Shown: positions 26,164 to 35,502 of the stretch, one piece after another | Numbering within the stretch: the stretch's first letter is position 1 | How the letters are laid out: every line of letters begins with the position of its first letter | Assembly: GCA_937921865.1 (NCBI GenBank) | Contig: CAKZWF010000037.1 | Location: forward strand, 343 to 64,342 | Direction: 5' to 3' | Source of the DNA: an uncultured Pseudomonadales bacterium | GTDB taxonomy: Bacteria; Pseudomonadota; Gammaproteobacteria; Pseudomonadales; Azotimanducaceae | Length of the DNA: 64,000 nucleotides | Translations under genes and position numbers: made by a program | Notes under the pieces: generated by a model | Told to the model about the DNA's origin: nothing | The model's input: only the letters and a program-made list of their open reading frames with translations | Database searches by the model: none

Positions 26164-27111
26164 ATGAGCATCTCTCTCGGAGCACACGTTGGTCAGCAGA
26201 ACATGACCATGGACGAGATGCGGGCGCTGTGGCGTAAGCTCGACGGCAACGGCGTGGACTGGATTTCAGCCTGGGATCACTTTTACGAAGCGCCACCCAA
26301 AGGTGGCATCGAACCCCACTTCGAAGCCTTGACCACACTCGGCGCTCTAGCCGCAGAAACTCAGCACGCCCGCATCGGCTGTCTGGTGTTTTACATCGGC
26401 TATCGCAATCCGGCGCTGCTGGCCAAAGCCGCCACCACCCTTGACCATCTGTCCGGGGGGCGCTTCGAACTCGGCGTTGGCGCCGGCTGGCACATCTGGG
26501 AAGCCAGCGCCTACGGTTATCCGTTTCCAGACATCGGCACCCGCCTCGACATGCTCGAAGAAGGCGTGCAGATCATTCGCCGCATGCTCACCGAAGAACG
26601 CACCACCTTCTCCGGTGTGCACTATCAGGTCGACAACGCCAGCTGCCTGCCAGCGCCTGTCCAGGAGCGCCTGCCCATCTGGATCGGCGGGGTTGGCGAA
26701 AAACGCACTCTGAAAATTGTCGCCGATCACGCCGACGGCTGGAATGCCGCCTATCTGTCTCCCCAGGAATTTGGTCGGGTCAACGATGTTCTGAACGATT
26801 GGTGCAGTAACGGTCAGCGCGATCCAAAAACTCTGAAAAGAGCGGCCAATGTGATGTTCAACATCGGCCTCGACGACAAAGATCTGAAACGCCAGGATGA
26901 GCGACTGAAGGCTGACTGGGGCGAGATGGCAGATCGCACCCGTGCCGGTGCGCTGCTGTGCAAGCCAGATCAGGCAGTTGAACGAATACTTGAATATGTT
27001 GAAGCCGGTGCTGACGAGGTCAATATTGCATTGCGGGCGCCCTGGCACGCGGAAGCACTGGATGCCTATCTGACCGACATCATGCCCAGAGTCCGGGCTG
27101 AAGTTGGCTGA
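26164..27111 (+). CDS. LLM-class (luciferase-like) flavin/F420-dependent oxidoreductase
   Basis: LDHLSGGRFELGVGAGW, PIWIGG, ADGWN. AGGAG lies upstream of the ATG at 26164. Confidence 0.8.
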   Translation: MSISLGAHVGQQNMTMDEMRALWRKLDGNGVDWISAWDHFYEAPPKGGIEPHFEALTTLGALAAETQHARIGCLVFYIGYRNPALLAKAATTLDHLSGGRFELGVGAGWHIWEASAYGYPFPDIGTRLDMLEEGVQIIRRMLTEERTTFSGVHYQVDNASCLPAPVQERLPIWIGGVGEKRTLKIVADHADGWNAAYLSPQEFGRVNDVLNDWCSNGQRDPKTLKRAANVMFNIGLDDKDLKRQDERLKADWGEMADRTRAGALLCKPDQAVERILEYVEAGADEVNIALRAPWHAEALDAYLTDIMPRVRAEVG

Positions 27112-27197
27112 TCTTCAAAAACAGAATCTGCGGCATTCAGCTTGTCAGTAAGCCGAATGCCACTTTAATTCTGATGCCGGCCTCGTAAACAAACAGA

Positions 27198-28058
27198 TCA
27201 ACGCTCACTGAGGGCGGCGGAAAATGCCAGCACCCGCTCGGCCTCAGCGGCGTGCAGATTTTCTATCAGGCGACCGTCCAGCACCGCCACGCCTTTCCCG
27301 GCAGCCTGCGCTTCCTGCCATACCGCCATTACTGCCCGGGCATCCACAACCGCATCTTCGCTGAACCCGAAGGTCGCGTTGGCTGTTTCAATCTGGCTAG
27401 GGTGAATGAGAGTCTTACCGTCAAACCCGATGGCTTTGCCCTGGGCACAGACAGCCGCAAAACTCTCTGAATTGCGGAAGTCCAGGTGGACTCCGTCCAG
27501 AATATCCACCCCGGCTTCTCTCGCCGCCAGCACACAGTGCTGCAGTGCATAGCCAATGTTATGACGCTCGGGGGTGTGTTCTGCACGCAGCTCTTTCACC
27601 AGATCACTGGTACCCATCACCAGCACCTCAATACGCGGCGAACTGGCGGCTACCGCTCGCACATCGAGCACACCAAGCGGGGTTTCGATCATCAACCACA
27701 GCGGCAGCGAACCACCACCGGCAGCATCAACGGCAGCAGCAATATCGCCGACCTGAAGTGCAGTTTCGACTTTAGGAAACAACAACGCGGCTATCGGCAG
27801 CTGTGCCATCGCGGCAATATCGTCTGACCCCCACGGGGTATCCAGGCCGTTCACCCGGACTATCAGTTCCCGATAACCGTATCCGCCTTCACGGATCATC
27901 TGAGCCACCGCCTGGCGGGCTTCGCCTTTGGCACTTTCAGCAACCGCATCTTCGAGGTCGAAAATAATGCTGTCACAGTCAAGCGTGCGGGCTTTGTCCA
28001 TGGCCCGACGATTCGCACCAGGCATGTACAGCACGGAACGTCTTGGTTTAATGCTCAT
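27198..28058 (-). CDS. HpcH/HpaI aldolase / citrate-lyase beta (CitE-like acyl-CoA lyase) family protein
   Basis: RRSVLYMPGANRRAMDKARTLDCDSIIFDLEDAV is the typical CitE N-terminal block, followed by ..DGKTLIHPSQI. Confidence 0.85.
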   Translation of the reverse strand: MSIKPRRSVLYMPGANRRAMDKARTLDCDSIIFDLEDAVAESAKGEARQAVAQMIREGGYGYRELIVRVNGLDTPWGSDDIAAMAQLPIAALLFPKVETALQVGDIAAAVDAAGGGSLPLWLMIETPLGVLDVRAVAASSPRIEVLVMGTSDLVKELRAEHTPERHNIGYALQHCVLAAREAGVDILDGVHLDFRNSESFAAVCAQGKAIGFDGKTLIHPSQIETANATFGFSEDAVVDARAVMAVWQEAQAAGKGVAVLDGRLIENLHAAEAERVLAFSAALSER

Positions 28059-28070
28059 TGAGTCTCCAGA

Positions 28071-28337
28071 TCAGGCATCCCAGCCGACAGTGTAGAGACC
28101 CCGATGACCAGTGGCGAGATGCGTAAGGCTAGTGCGGACGTTTCTGCTGTTCGGGGTAGTAGCCAGAACATCAAACGTGTAGCTGACAAAGTCGCCTGCC
28201 GCGTCGGTCAGTTCGATGATCAGTTCACCGCTTTCCTGCAGGACAACCGCGGCTGCCTGGTCTATGCCGCCACCGCCAGCGCCGCCACCAGAGCCAGTAC
28301 CAGCGGGAGCCCGCTGAACCACTTTGACCCATGCCAA
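28071..28337 (-). CDS. Hypothetical small Gly-rich protein (weak call)
   Basis: 88-aa ORF with a TTG start and no obvious SD. It ends 12 nt before the CitE-like start, and codon third positions look coding-like. Confidence 0.3.
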   Translation of the reverse strand: MAWVKVVQRAPAGTGSGGGAGGGGIDQAAAVVLQESGELIIELTDAAGDFVSYTFDVLATTPNSRNVRTSLTHLATGHRGLYTVGWDA

Positions 28338-28508
28338 TCGTAAAACTGCGCTCTAGACACAACGCACCTCTGAATCGAATGACTGAACTTCCTGTCCAGA
28401 CATAAACGCGCGCAACGCGATTGCGTTGACACACAGCAGAGAGTTTTTCGGCATTAGCGGCGCGGCTGCCTTCGCAGCAGGGATGTCAGCCCGGTTGGAT
28501 GCAGCGGA

Positions 28509-29171
28509 TCAGTTGTTCGGGCGGACGTGGTCTGGCGCAGAGAAGAATGCCCGACGGGCGTGGAGTCGTGCTTCAGCACATTCAGCTTTAAGCCGACAGC
28601 TGTAGTCGGAAAGAATGGGAATCATTGCAAAAGCGCCGAAAATCCGGAATACGGCTTCCCAGCCAGCCTGATGGGCATACCAGTCAGCGGCCAGTTTCGG
28701 CACCAGCAGGAAGAAGCCGGCAAAGAAGAAAAACATCAGCGCCGTTGTGCTGATCGCGAGAACGCGGGAAAAGGCAATGGAAATTTCAGATTTGAGTGTG
28801 ATCAGCGACAGTACGGCAGCGGCAGAATAAGGAGCCCAGGCCAGCGGATTTGGATGCAGCGCGTAGAGCAGCGCTATGACAATAAAAAGGCAACCAATCA
28901 ACGCATTTATGTACTGCATATACCCGTACCACCCCCGGTGAGTCTGTGCATTTGCGTCGGTGCTCCGATCTAACCGGTCGCGCCGACTATCATCACTGTC
29001 TGCAATCTTTGTATTTATATCCAGTCCTTTATCTAGCCCTTCTACCAACCTTTTGTCTAAGCCGGTATCCGGATCTGTTGGCTTACCAGGTCTTCTGCCT
29101 GTTGCCACAGAACTTCTGCTTCTAAGATTATGAAGCTTTTGTTGCAGTTGGCTCCAATAGTCCTGAATCAT
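28509..29171 (-). CDS. Membrane protein: hydrophilic low-complexity N-terminus plus four TM segments (TMEM220-like?)
   Basis: 220 aa. The C-terminal 130 aa are hydrophobic (YINALIGCLFIVIALLYALHPNPLAW..). The 5' third of the gene is AT-richer than its surroundings. Confidence 0.6.
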   Translation of the reverse strand: MIQDYWSQLQQKLHNLRSRSSVATGRRPGKPTDPDTGLDKRLVEGLDKGLDINTKIADSDDSRRDRLDRSTDANAQTHRGWYGYMQYINALIGCLFIVIALLYALHPNPLAWAPYSAAAVLSLITLKSEISIAFSRVLAISTTALMFFFFAGFFLLVPKLAADWYAHQAGWEAVFRIFGAFAMIPILSDYSCRLKAECAEARLHARRAFFSAPDHVRPNN

Positions 29172-29377
29172 CGTTACTCAGTCAACCGATTTGTTACGCT
29201 CGGTGACACCTCTTAGCTACCAATCTACTCAATTGGACATCATTAAGCTGAAAACGTGTGGTCAGAATCCTGAATTTCCACCCGAATAGGCCGCAAACCC
29301 ATGAAATATGCAGCAAACCTCCATATTTCACGGCCTTTTCGAGTAACAAGGCAAATAATTTTACATTCCGCCTTCTT

Positions 29378-30172
29378 TCACCCGATCCGGGCAGACTGAC
29401 CGCCGTCCACCGGGAGATTGATTCCGGTAATGAACCCCGCTTCATCAGAGGCTAAAAACAGTGCTGCATTCGCCACATCCCAGGCACTGCCCATGGTTGC
29501 ACCGAGCGGGACCCTGGCATCGCGTTGCGCAATCACTGTTGCCCGATCCCGACCTGCAGCCACGTTGCCTTCAATGGCCATCGGCGTATTCATCAGCCCG
29601 GGCGATATGACATTCGCCCGCACACCATAGCGCGCGTTGGCCGTGGCCAGCGCGTGGGTATAGGCATTGAGCGCCGCTTTAGAACTCTTGTAGGCCACCA
29701 GACCGACTGCACAGACGGCGGCTACCGACGATATGTTAGTGATCACCCCGGCGCCCTGTTCACGCATCACCGGCACCGCATGTTTACACGTCAGCATCAC
29801 CGCTTTGACGTTGGTCGTGAAGATATCGTCCCAGGCCTGCTCGGTCATCGAGGTGACGCCACGATCGCCTCGACCAATACCAACGTTGTTGTGCAGAATA
29901 TCCAGGCGCTGATAGCGTTCCACGCAGGTCCGGGTAATCGCCGCGCAGTCTGACTCGCTTGTCACATCGGCAAACAGCGCACTGGCGTTGCCACCCTTGT
30001 CAGTGATAAGCGCAACTGTTTCTTCAGCCGAATCCAGCACGCGATCCACACACAGTACCGTGGCTCCTTCCTGGGCAAAGCGCAGCGCGGTAGCGCGGCC
30101 ATTACCAATAGTTGAGCCCGGCGTCTGACCGGCACCGACCACAACGGCAATTTTTCCAGCTAGACGTCCCAT
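29378..30172 (-). CDS. SDR family oxidoreductase
   Basis: GKIAVVVGAGQTPGSTIG, NNVG, YKSSK catalytic motif. Confidence 0.9.
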   Translation of the reverse strand: MGRLAGKIAVVVGAGQTPGSTIGNGRATALRFAQEGATVLCVDRVLDSAEETVALITDKGGNASALFADVTSESDCAAITRTCVERYQRLDILHNNVGIGRGDRGVTSMTEQAWDDIFTTNVKAVMLTCKHAVPVMREQGAGVITNISSVAAVCAVGLVAYKSSKAALNAYTHALATANARYGVRANVISPGLMNTPMAIEGNVAAGRDRATVIAQRDARVPLGATMGSAWDVANAALFLASDEAGFITGINLPVDGGQSARIG

Positions 30173-30714
30173 CCTGGCAATCCTTCGTCTGCCTGGACAC
30201 CAAAACTGTTCAAGGCCATGGAAACCAGGTTGTACTGGCCGACTGTGAAGACCACGTCCATCATCTGCTGAGTATTCAGATGTTGCGACAGGCCCTGCCA
30301 GGTGGCGTCGCTGACGTGTGCATCCGCGTGCAGCTCATCGGTTGCACTGAGCAGCAGCCGATCCAACTCGCTCAGCCCGGGCGTTTCAGGGCCTGTTTTC
30401 GCAGTGCGGATTTCTTCGTCAGACATGCCCGCATCCCGGGCAATAATCACGTGTTGACCCCATTCGTAGCCTGCCTGACACAGATAGCCAATGCGCAGAA
30501 TGATCAGCTCCCGTTCCCGGGGCGCCAGTTTCGACTTGCCCAGAATATGATTGGCAAACACCATCCAGCGTCTGGCCAGATCAGGATGATTGGCGAGCGT
30601 TTTGAATATATTGAGTACCCGCCCGCGTCCGGCGAACGGCTTCATCAGATCTTTGGCAGCGTCGTCCCACTGCTCCGCCTCCAGTGGCGGTATCCTCGGT
30701 TTATCCAGTCGCAT
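30160..30714 (-). CDS. Carboxymuconolactone decarboxylase (AhpD-like) family protein
   Basis: RERELIILRIGYLCQAGYEWGQHVIIA. Overlaps the downstream SDR gene by 13 nt. Confidence 0.85.
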   Translation of the reverse strand: MRLDKPRIPPLEAEQWDDAAKDLMKPFAGRGRVLNIFKTLANHPDLARRWMVFANHILGKSKLAPRERELIILRIGYLCQAGYEWGQHVIIARDAGMSDEEIRTAKTGPETPGLSELDRLLLSATDELHADAHVSDATWQGLSQHLNTQQMMDVVFTVGQYNLVSMALNSFGVQADEGLPGWDV

Positions 30715-30778
30715 AGTCTCCCCTTCTCAACGAGCTTCCAGACAACTACGCTACCACAACGTTCACGAGGAGCCGACC

Positions 30779-31549
30779 ATGACAGTGCGAATCGACCAGC
30801 AGGGCCCCATCACCGTCGTCACTATTGACCGGCCTGACGTTCGCAACGCGATAGATCGACCAACCGCCGCAGCGCTGGTTGAGGCATTCAGCGCATTCGA
30901 CGAAGACACCACACAGCAGGTCGCGATTCTCACCGGTGCCAACAACACCTTCTGTGCCGGGGCTGATCTCAAAGCGGTGGCCGGTGACCGGGGCAACAAA
31001 GTCACCGAGTCCGGCACCGGCCCGGTTGGTCCAACCCGTATGCTGCTCGGCAAACCGGTGATAGCCGCAGTCGAAGGTCACGCCGTCGCCGGTGGTCTGG
31101 AGCTGGCTATCTGGTGCGATCTTCGGGTTGCCGCCAGCGATGCGATCTTCGGCGTTTACTGCCGCCGCTGGGGTGTGCCACTGGTGGACGGCGGAACAGT
31201 CCGCCTGCCCAGACTGATCGGCCACAGCCACGCGCTGGATCTGATCCTGACCGGCCGCGGTGTGGCCGGGGAAGAGGCCAGCAGCATGGGTCTGGTCAAC
31301 CGCCTCTGCGAATCTGGTAAGGCGCTCGACACCGCGCTGGAACTCGCAGAACAATTGTGCCGCTTTCCGCAGCGCTGCATGCGCAATGATCGACTGTCGT
31401 CTTATCAGCAGTGGCATCTTTCACCGCATGACGCGTTACTCAACGAAACCCGGCTTGGCCTGCAGGTGATCCGCTCCGGCGAGACCCGAGAAGGTGCCAG
31501 CCGCTTCAGTCAGGGTGCCGGCCGACACGGCAACTTCGACAACATCTGA
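30779..31549 (+). CDS. Enoyl-CoA hydratase/isomerase (crotonase) family protein
   Basis: ITVVTIDRPDVRNAID, FCAGADLK, AAVEGHAVAGGLELAIWCDLRVA. GAGGAG lies upstream of the ATG at 30779. Confidence 0.9.
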   Translation: MTVRIDQQGPITVVTIDRPDVRNAIDRPTAAALVEAFSAFDEDTTQQVAILTGANNTFCAGADLKAVAGDRGNKVTESGTGPVGPTRMLLGKPVIAAVEGHAVAGGLELAIWCDLRVAASDAIFGVYCRRWGVPLVDGGTVRLPRLIGHSHALDLILTGRGVAGEEASSMGLVNRLCESGKALDTALELAEQLCRFPQRCMRNDRLSSYQQWHLSPHDALLNETRLGLQVIRSGETREGASRFSQGAGRHGNFDNI

Positions 31550-31559
31550 GGAGATTCAT

Positions 31560-32417
31560 ATGGCTTTTTCCAGCAGTCCCAAATTCGGCATCAGCATGTT
31601 TCCCACCGACTATGCCATTCAGCCCATGGACCTGGCCCGGGCGGCAGAGGAGCGGGGTTTCGACAGTCTGTTTTTTCCTGAACACACCCACATACCCGCA
31701 TCACGCCTGTCTGCATTCCCCGGTGGCGGTGACCTGCCACCCGAGTACTGGCACAGCCATGATCCGTTCGTCGCCCTGACTGCATGTGCGGCTGTAACCA
31801 GCCGCATTCGCCTCGGCACCGGCATCTGTCTGGTCATCGAGCGCGACCCGATCACGCTGGCTAAAGAAATTGCCTCGCTGGACATGATTTCAAACGGTCG
31901 AGTCGTACTCGGCGTCGGTGCTGGCTGGAACCGTGAAGAAATGGAAAACCATGGCGCTAATTTCACCCATCGCTGGAAAATCCTGCGCGAGAAAGTCCTG
32001 GCGATGCAGGCAATCTGGAGCAACGAAGAAGCGGAGTTTCACGGCGAATATGTCGATTTCGATCCGCTGTGGTCCTACCCGAAACCCATTCAGGCCGGCG
32101 GACCTCCGATCTGGATCGGTGCGAACTCAAAGTGGGTATTCGATCGGGTTGCCGACTACGCAGATGGCTGGATGCCAATCGGCGGTCTGGGTTCAGGCAA
32201 TCTGGAACGCATGAGTGAAGCGCTGGCAGCCCGCGGTCGTGACATCAAAGATCTGGACCTGGCCCTGTTCGGCGCGCCAACCAACGAGGAAGGATTACGC
32301 GGGCGCATTGACCAGGGATTTGACGAACTGGTGTTCAACCTGCCGGCCAAGCCTGCAGATGATGTGCTGCCACTGCTGGACCGCTTTGCCGATCTGGCTA
32401 ATCGGATGCGCCAGTAG
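31560..32417 (+). CDS. LLM-class flavin/F420-dependent oxidoreductase
   Basis: GFDSLFFPEHTHIP, LDMISNGRVVLGVGAGWNREE, PIWIGA, ADGWMP. GAGGAG lies upstream of the ATG at 31560. Confidence 0.8.
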   Translation: MAFSSSPKFGISMFPTDYAIQPMDLARAAEERGFDSLFFPEHTHIPASRLSAFPGGGDLPPEYWHSHDPFVALTACAAVTSRIRLGTGICLVIERDPITLAKEIASLDMISNGRVVLGVGAGWNREEMENHGANFTHRWKILREKVLAMQAIWSNEEAEFHGEYVDFDPLWSYPKPIQAGGPPIWIGANSKWVFDRVADYADGWMPIGGLGSGNLERMSEALAARGRDIKDLDLALFGAPTNEEGLRGRIDQGFDELVFNLPAKPADDVLPLLDRFADLANRMRQ

Positions 32418-32544
32418 ACAATCGCACTCGGTTAGTCGGGGTGAACTGCGACAGGCCTAACTGTCAGTCAGCAATCCCCGCGCCCGCAGTTTCAGCGCAG
32501 TGTCCGGAGCGACAGCTTCCTGAATCATCGGGCACATACACAAC

Positions 32545-33747
32545 TCAGTTCAGCGGTCGGACTTCATAGCCGGCGCTGCGCAGAGAGTCGACCACCTGTT
32601 CGATCTGCTCTTCACCACGCATCTGCAGGGACAGCTCAACCATGGTCGAGCGCACCGAGGAACCTCCGAAGGTTCGCTGATGAACAATGTCCATGATGTT
32701 GCTGTCCAGCTCACCAACCCGTTGTGTCAGTTCTGACAGTGCGCCCGGAAGATCTGGAATTTCAACGCTGAGTCGAACCAGGCGACTGCTGCGCACCAGA
32801 CCGCGCTGCAAAACGCTGGACAGAATCATCATGTCGATATTGCCGCCCGACAGCACCAGCAACGCTGGCACACCCTGAAAACGCTCCGGATAAGCTTTCA
32901 CCGCTGCCAGTCCTACTGCGCCAGCTCCTTCAACCAGGGTCTTCTCGACTTCCAGCAGCGTGAACACAGCCTGCTCAACCTGCTGCTCGGTCACTGTCAG
33001 CATCAGATCAACATGTTCTCTGATTATCGGCAGGGTGTTCGCGCCAGGCGCTTTCACAGCAATGCCTTCGGCAACGGTTAACAAACCGGTTGACGCAACT
33101 TCAGTGCTATTGATCGCACCGGAAACCGCGGCATAACGCTCAACCTGGACTCCTACCACCTGCACCTGCGGTCTGAGTGCTTTGATTGCGGTAGCAATGC
33201 CGCTGATCAGCCCGCCACCGCCAACGGGTACCACCACATAACCGACTTCCGGAAGCTGTTCGAGAATTTCCAGTCCGACAGTACCCTGCCCGGCAATCAC
33301 CTGGGGATCATCGAACGGGTGCACGAGCGTCATCTGACGCTGTTCGGCCAGACTGGTGGTATGCGCGAGCGTTTCGTCGAACTGTGTACCGTAAAGAATG
33401 ACTTCGGCACCAAACACACGGGTCTGCTGCACTTTGGTATTCGGCGTCGCTCTGGGCATGACGATACAGGTTGGAATACCCAACCGGCTGCCATGGTAAG
33501 CGAGCGCCTGCGCATGATTACCCGCCGACATCGCAATCACCCCACGTTTACGCTCAGAGTCCGACAACAGCAGCAGACGATTCAGCGCACCACGCTCCTT
33601 GAACGAAGCGGTAAACTGCAGGTTTTCAAACTTCAGATGTACATCGACGCCACTCCAGCGACTCAGCGTTTCCGAACGGGTCAGCGGTGTCACCAGCACC
33701 TGATCTGCAATGCGCACAGCCGCGGCCCGGATATCTTCAAGGGTCAT
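32545..33747 (-). CDS. ilvA: Threonine ammonia-lyase (threonine dehydratase), ~400-aa form with one ACT-like domain
   Basis: PLP Lys block FKERGALN, SAGNHAQALAYH, GGGGLISG. C-terminal regulatory domain. Confidence 0.85.
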   Translation of the reverse strand: MTLEDIRAAAVRIADQVLVTPLTRSETLSRWSGVDVHLKFENLQFTASFKERGALNRLLLLSDSERKRGVIAMSAGNHAQALAYHGSRLGIPTCIVMPRATPNTKVQQTRVFGAEVILYGTQFDETLAHTTSLAEQRQMTLVHPFDDPQVIAGQGTVGLEILEQLPEVGYVVVPVGGGGLISGIATAIKALRPQVQVVGVQVERYAAVSGAINSTEVASTGLLTVAEGIAVKAPGANTLPIIREHVDLMLTVTEQQVEQAVFTLLEVEKTLVEGAGAVGLAAVKAYPERFQGVPALLVLSGGNIDMMILSSVLQRGLVRSSRLVRLSVEIPDLPGALSELTQRVGELDSNIMDIVHQRTFGGSSVRSTMVELSLQMRGEEQIEQVVDSLRSAGYEVRPLN

Positions 33748-33807
33748 TGGTCGTTTCTCCAGAGCGAGTCAGTATACTCGGTCAGCAGAGCCATCTGATC
33801 GACCTCG

Positions 33808-34269
33808 ATGAAACATCTGCTGATCGTTTTCCACTCCCAGACCGGCAACACTGAAGCGTTGGCACAGGCTGCCAGGCGGGGTGCTGACAGCAATCTGGTC
33901 AGTAACGTGGAGGTGAGATTTCTGCGGGCGCAGGCGGCAGGTCCTGAAGATCTGCTCTGGGCAAATGGCCTGTTGCTGGCGACGCCCGAAAATTTCGGCT
34001 ACATGTCAGGGGCCCTGAAAGACTTTCTGGATAGAACTTTCTATCCTGTCGAAGGCAAAATCCTACCCCTGCCCTATAGCGTGCTGATCAGTGCCGGCAA
34101 CGACGGCAGCGGTGCACTGCGAGCAATCAGGCGAATCGCCGGTGGTTATCCGTTCCAGGAAGTTCAGGAACCACTGATTGCAAAGGGCACCGTTACCGAC
34201 GAACACCTGCAGCGGGCAGAAGAAATAGGCTTGAGCCTGGCAGCTGGTCTGGAGGCGGGCATCTACTGA
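33808..34269 (+). CDS. Flavodoxin-like fold protein
   Basis: LIVFHSQTGNTEALAQAA (flavodoxin phosphate-binding loop), ..TPENFGYMSGALKDFLDR. Confidence 0.75.
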   Translation: MKHLLIVFHSQTGNTEALAQAARRGADSNLVSNVEVRFLRAQAAGPEDLLWANGLLLATPENFGYMSGALKDFLDRTFYPVEGKILPLPYSVLISAGNDGSGALRAIRRIAGGYPFQEVQEPLIAKGTVTDEHLQRAEEIGLSLAAGLEAGIY

Positions 34270-34305
34270 TGGCGAAACTCAAATAGACTGACCGAATGAG
34301 GTGAC

Positions 34306-35106
34306 ATGAGCCAACTGACACGCGCAGACCTGGAGAAATTCCACAACCAGGGCTTTCTCCAACTCCCAGCTTTTGCGACCGACGCTGTCACCGCCGCAAT
34401 GCTTGCCGCTGCAACAGCACTCGCGGATCAAAAAGCCGCTGGCGAAGATATCGCCGATGCACTCGTTCTGCCGGAGGCTGCCCTGGATCAGACTCTGCCT
34501 CTATCCCGCCGGACCTCCAAAATCTTCCGCATCCATCGCCACGAGCAGGTCTTCCGGGAGTTTGCCGCCGCTGCTGACACAACCGATATCGTTGCCAGCA
34601 TCCTTGGTGATGATGTCGACTGCTTTCTGTCCCAGTTTATCTTCAAGCAGCCGGGCGCCCTGGGTCAGCCCTGGCATCAGGATGCGTTCTACTTTCCCTT
34701 CGAAGGTCCGCCGCAGCTGGGTCTGTGGCTGGCGGTCACCGAGGCCAGATTGGACAATGGACCGCTATGGGTCCTGCCAGGCTCGCATCACGAGCCGGTC
34801 CACCCGGCAGTCAAAGACCAGCGGGAACATGCCAACTACGCCTATGTGGAAATAGTCGACCACAAGATGGACGCAGCAGTTCCGGTACTCATGCAGGCTG
34901 GCGATCTGCTGATCTTTCACAGCCACCTGATGCACAAATCTACGGACAACGGCTCAGACGATCTACGGGCAGCGATGGTCTACCACTACGCCACCGCTGA
35001 TACGATCGATCACAGCGTCCGGGTATATGGCCGCAGGCCGGCAAACCAGGACTGGCTGCCGGTGCTGCGCGGAGCTGGCAAACCAGCACCTTCAGGCGCT
35101 ACCTAG
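34306..35106 (+). CDS. Phytanoyl-CoA dioxygenase (PhyH) family Fe(II)/2-oxoglutarate oxygenase
   Basis: FHNQGFLQL, WHQDAFYFP (HxD), LIFHSHLMHKSTDN (distal His). Confidence 0.85.
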   Translation: MSQLTRADLEKFHNQGFLQLPAFATDAVTAAMLAAATALADQKAAGEDIADALVLPEAALDQTLPLSRRTSKIFRIHRHEQVFREFAAAADTTDIVASILGDDVDCFLSQFIFKQPGALGQPWHQDAFYFPFEGPPQLGLWLAVTEARLDNGPLWVLPGSHHEPVHPAVKDQREHANYAYVEIVDHKMDAAVPVLMQAGDLLIFHSHLMHKSTDNGSDDLRAAMVYHYATADTIDHSVRVYGRRPANQDWLPVLRGAGKPAPSGAT

Positions 35107-35116
35107 CGCGAAGGTT

Positions 35117-35380
35117 TCAGCTCAAAGAGCGCTTGATTCGCTGATACGCGGAACCGATCTCTTCAGCAACAGTAGACAAGGCCGCGCCAACCTCACCGGC
35201 CGAATCTTTGGCCTCGTGACCGACCTTTTCCAGCCGCGCCTCGACATGTTCCCACTTACGCTCGAGATCATCCCATTCTTCTTTTACTTCAGCTTTGGCG
35301 AGATGCATCTGCACCCGCAGTTCATCGCGCTGAGCCTTCAGTTTACCCATGACCTGTTCGATATCTTCTTTACTGCTCAT
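35117..35380 (-). CDS. Small coiled-coil hypothetical protein
   Basis: 87 aa with charged heptad-like sequence LKAQRDELRVQMHLAKAEVKEEWDDLERKWEHVEARLEKV. ATG start with an SD-like gagagacc sequence. Confidence 0.5.
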   Translation of the reverse strand: MSSKEDIEQVMGKLKAQRDELRVQMHLAKAEVKEEWDDLERKWEHVEARLEKVGHEAKDSAGEVGAALSTVAEEIGSAYQRIKRSLS

Positions 35381-35502
35381 GATGGTCTCTCATTGATTTA
35401 GTATCGTGATCCATATTCGCTTCGTACTGGCTAACCAGTCGTCAGCTGTCAAAACATTTTCCCACTATCTGTAGCTCGGATCGATCCGCAATTACCGAAT
35501 GA

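Noticed and set aside
29194-29445. 83-aa ORF 29194..29445(-) in the SDR/membrane-protein intergenic region.
   Set aside because: It overlaps the 3' end of the SDR gene in another frame, lies in an AT-rich non-coding-looking stretch, and has no SD or recognisable motif.
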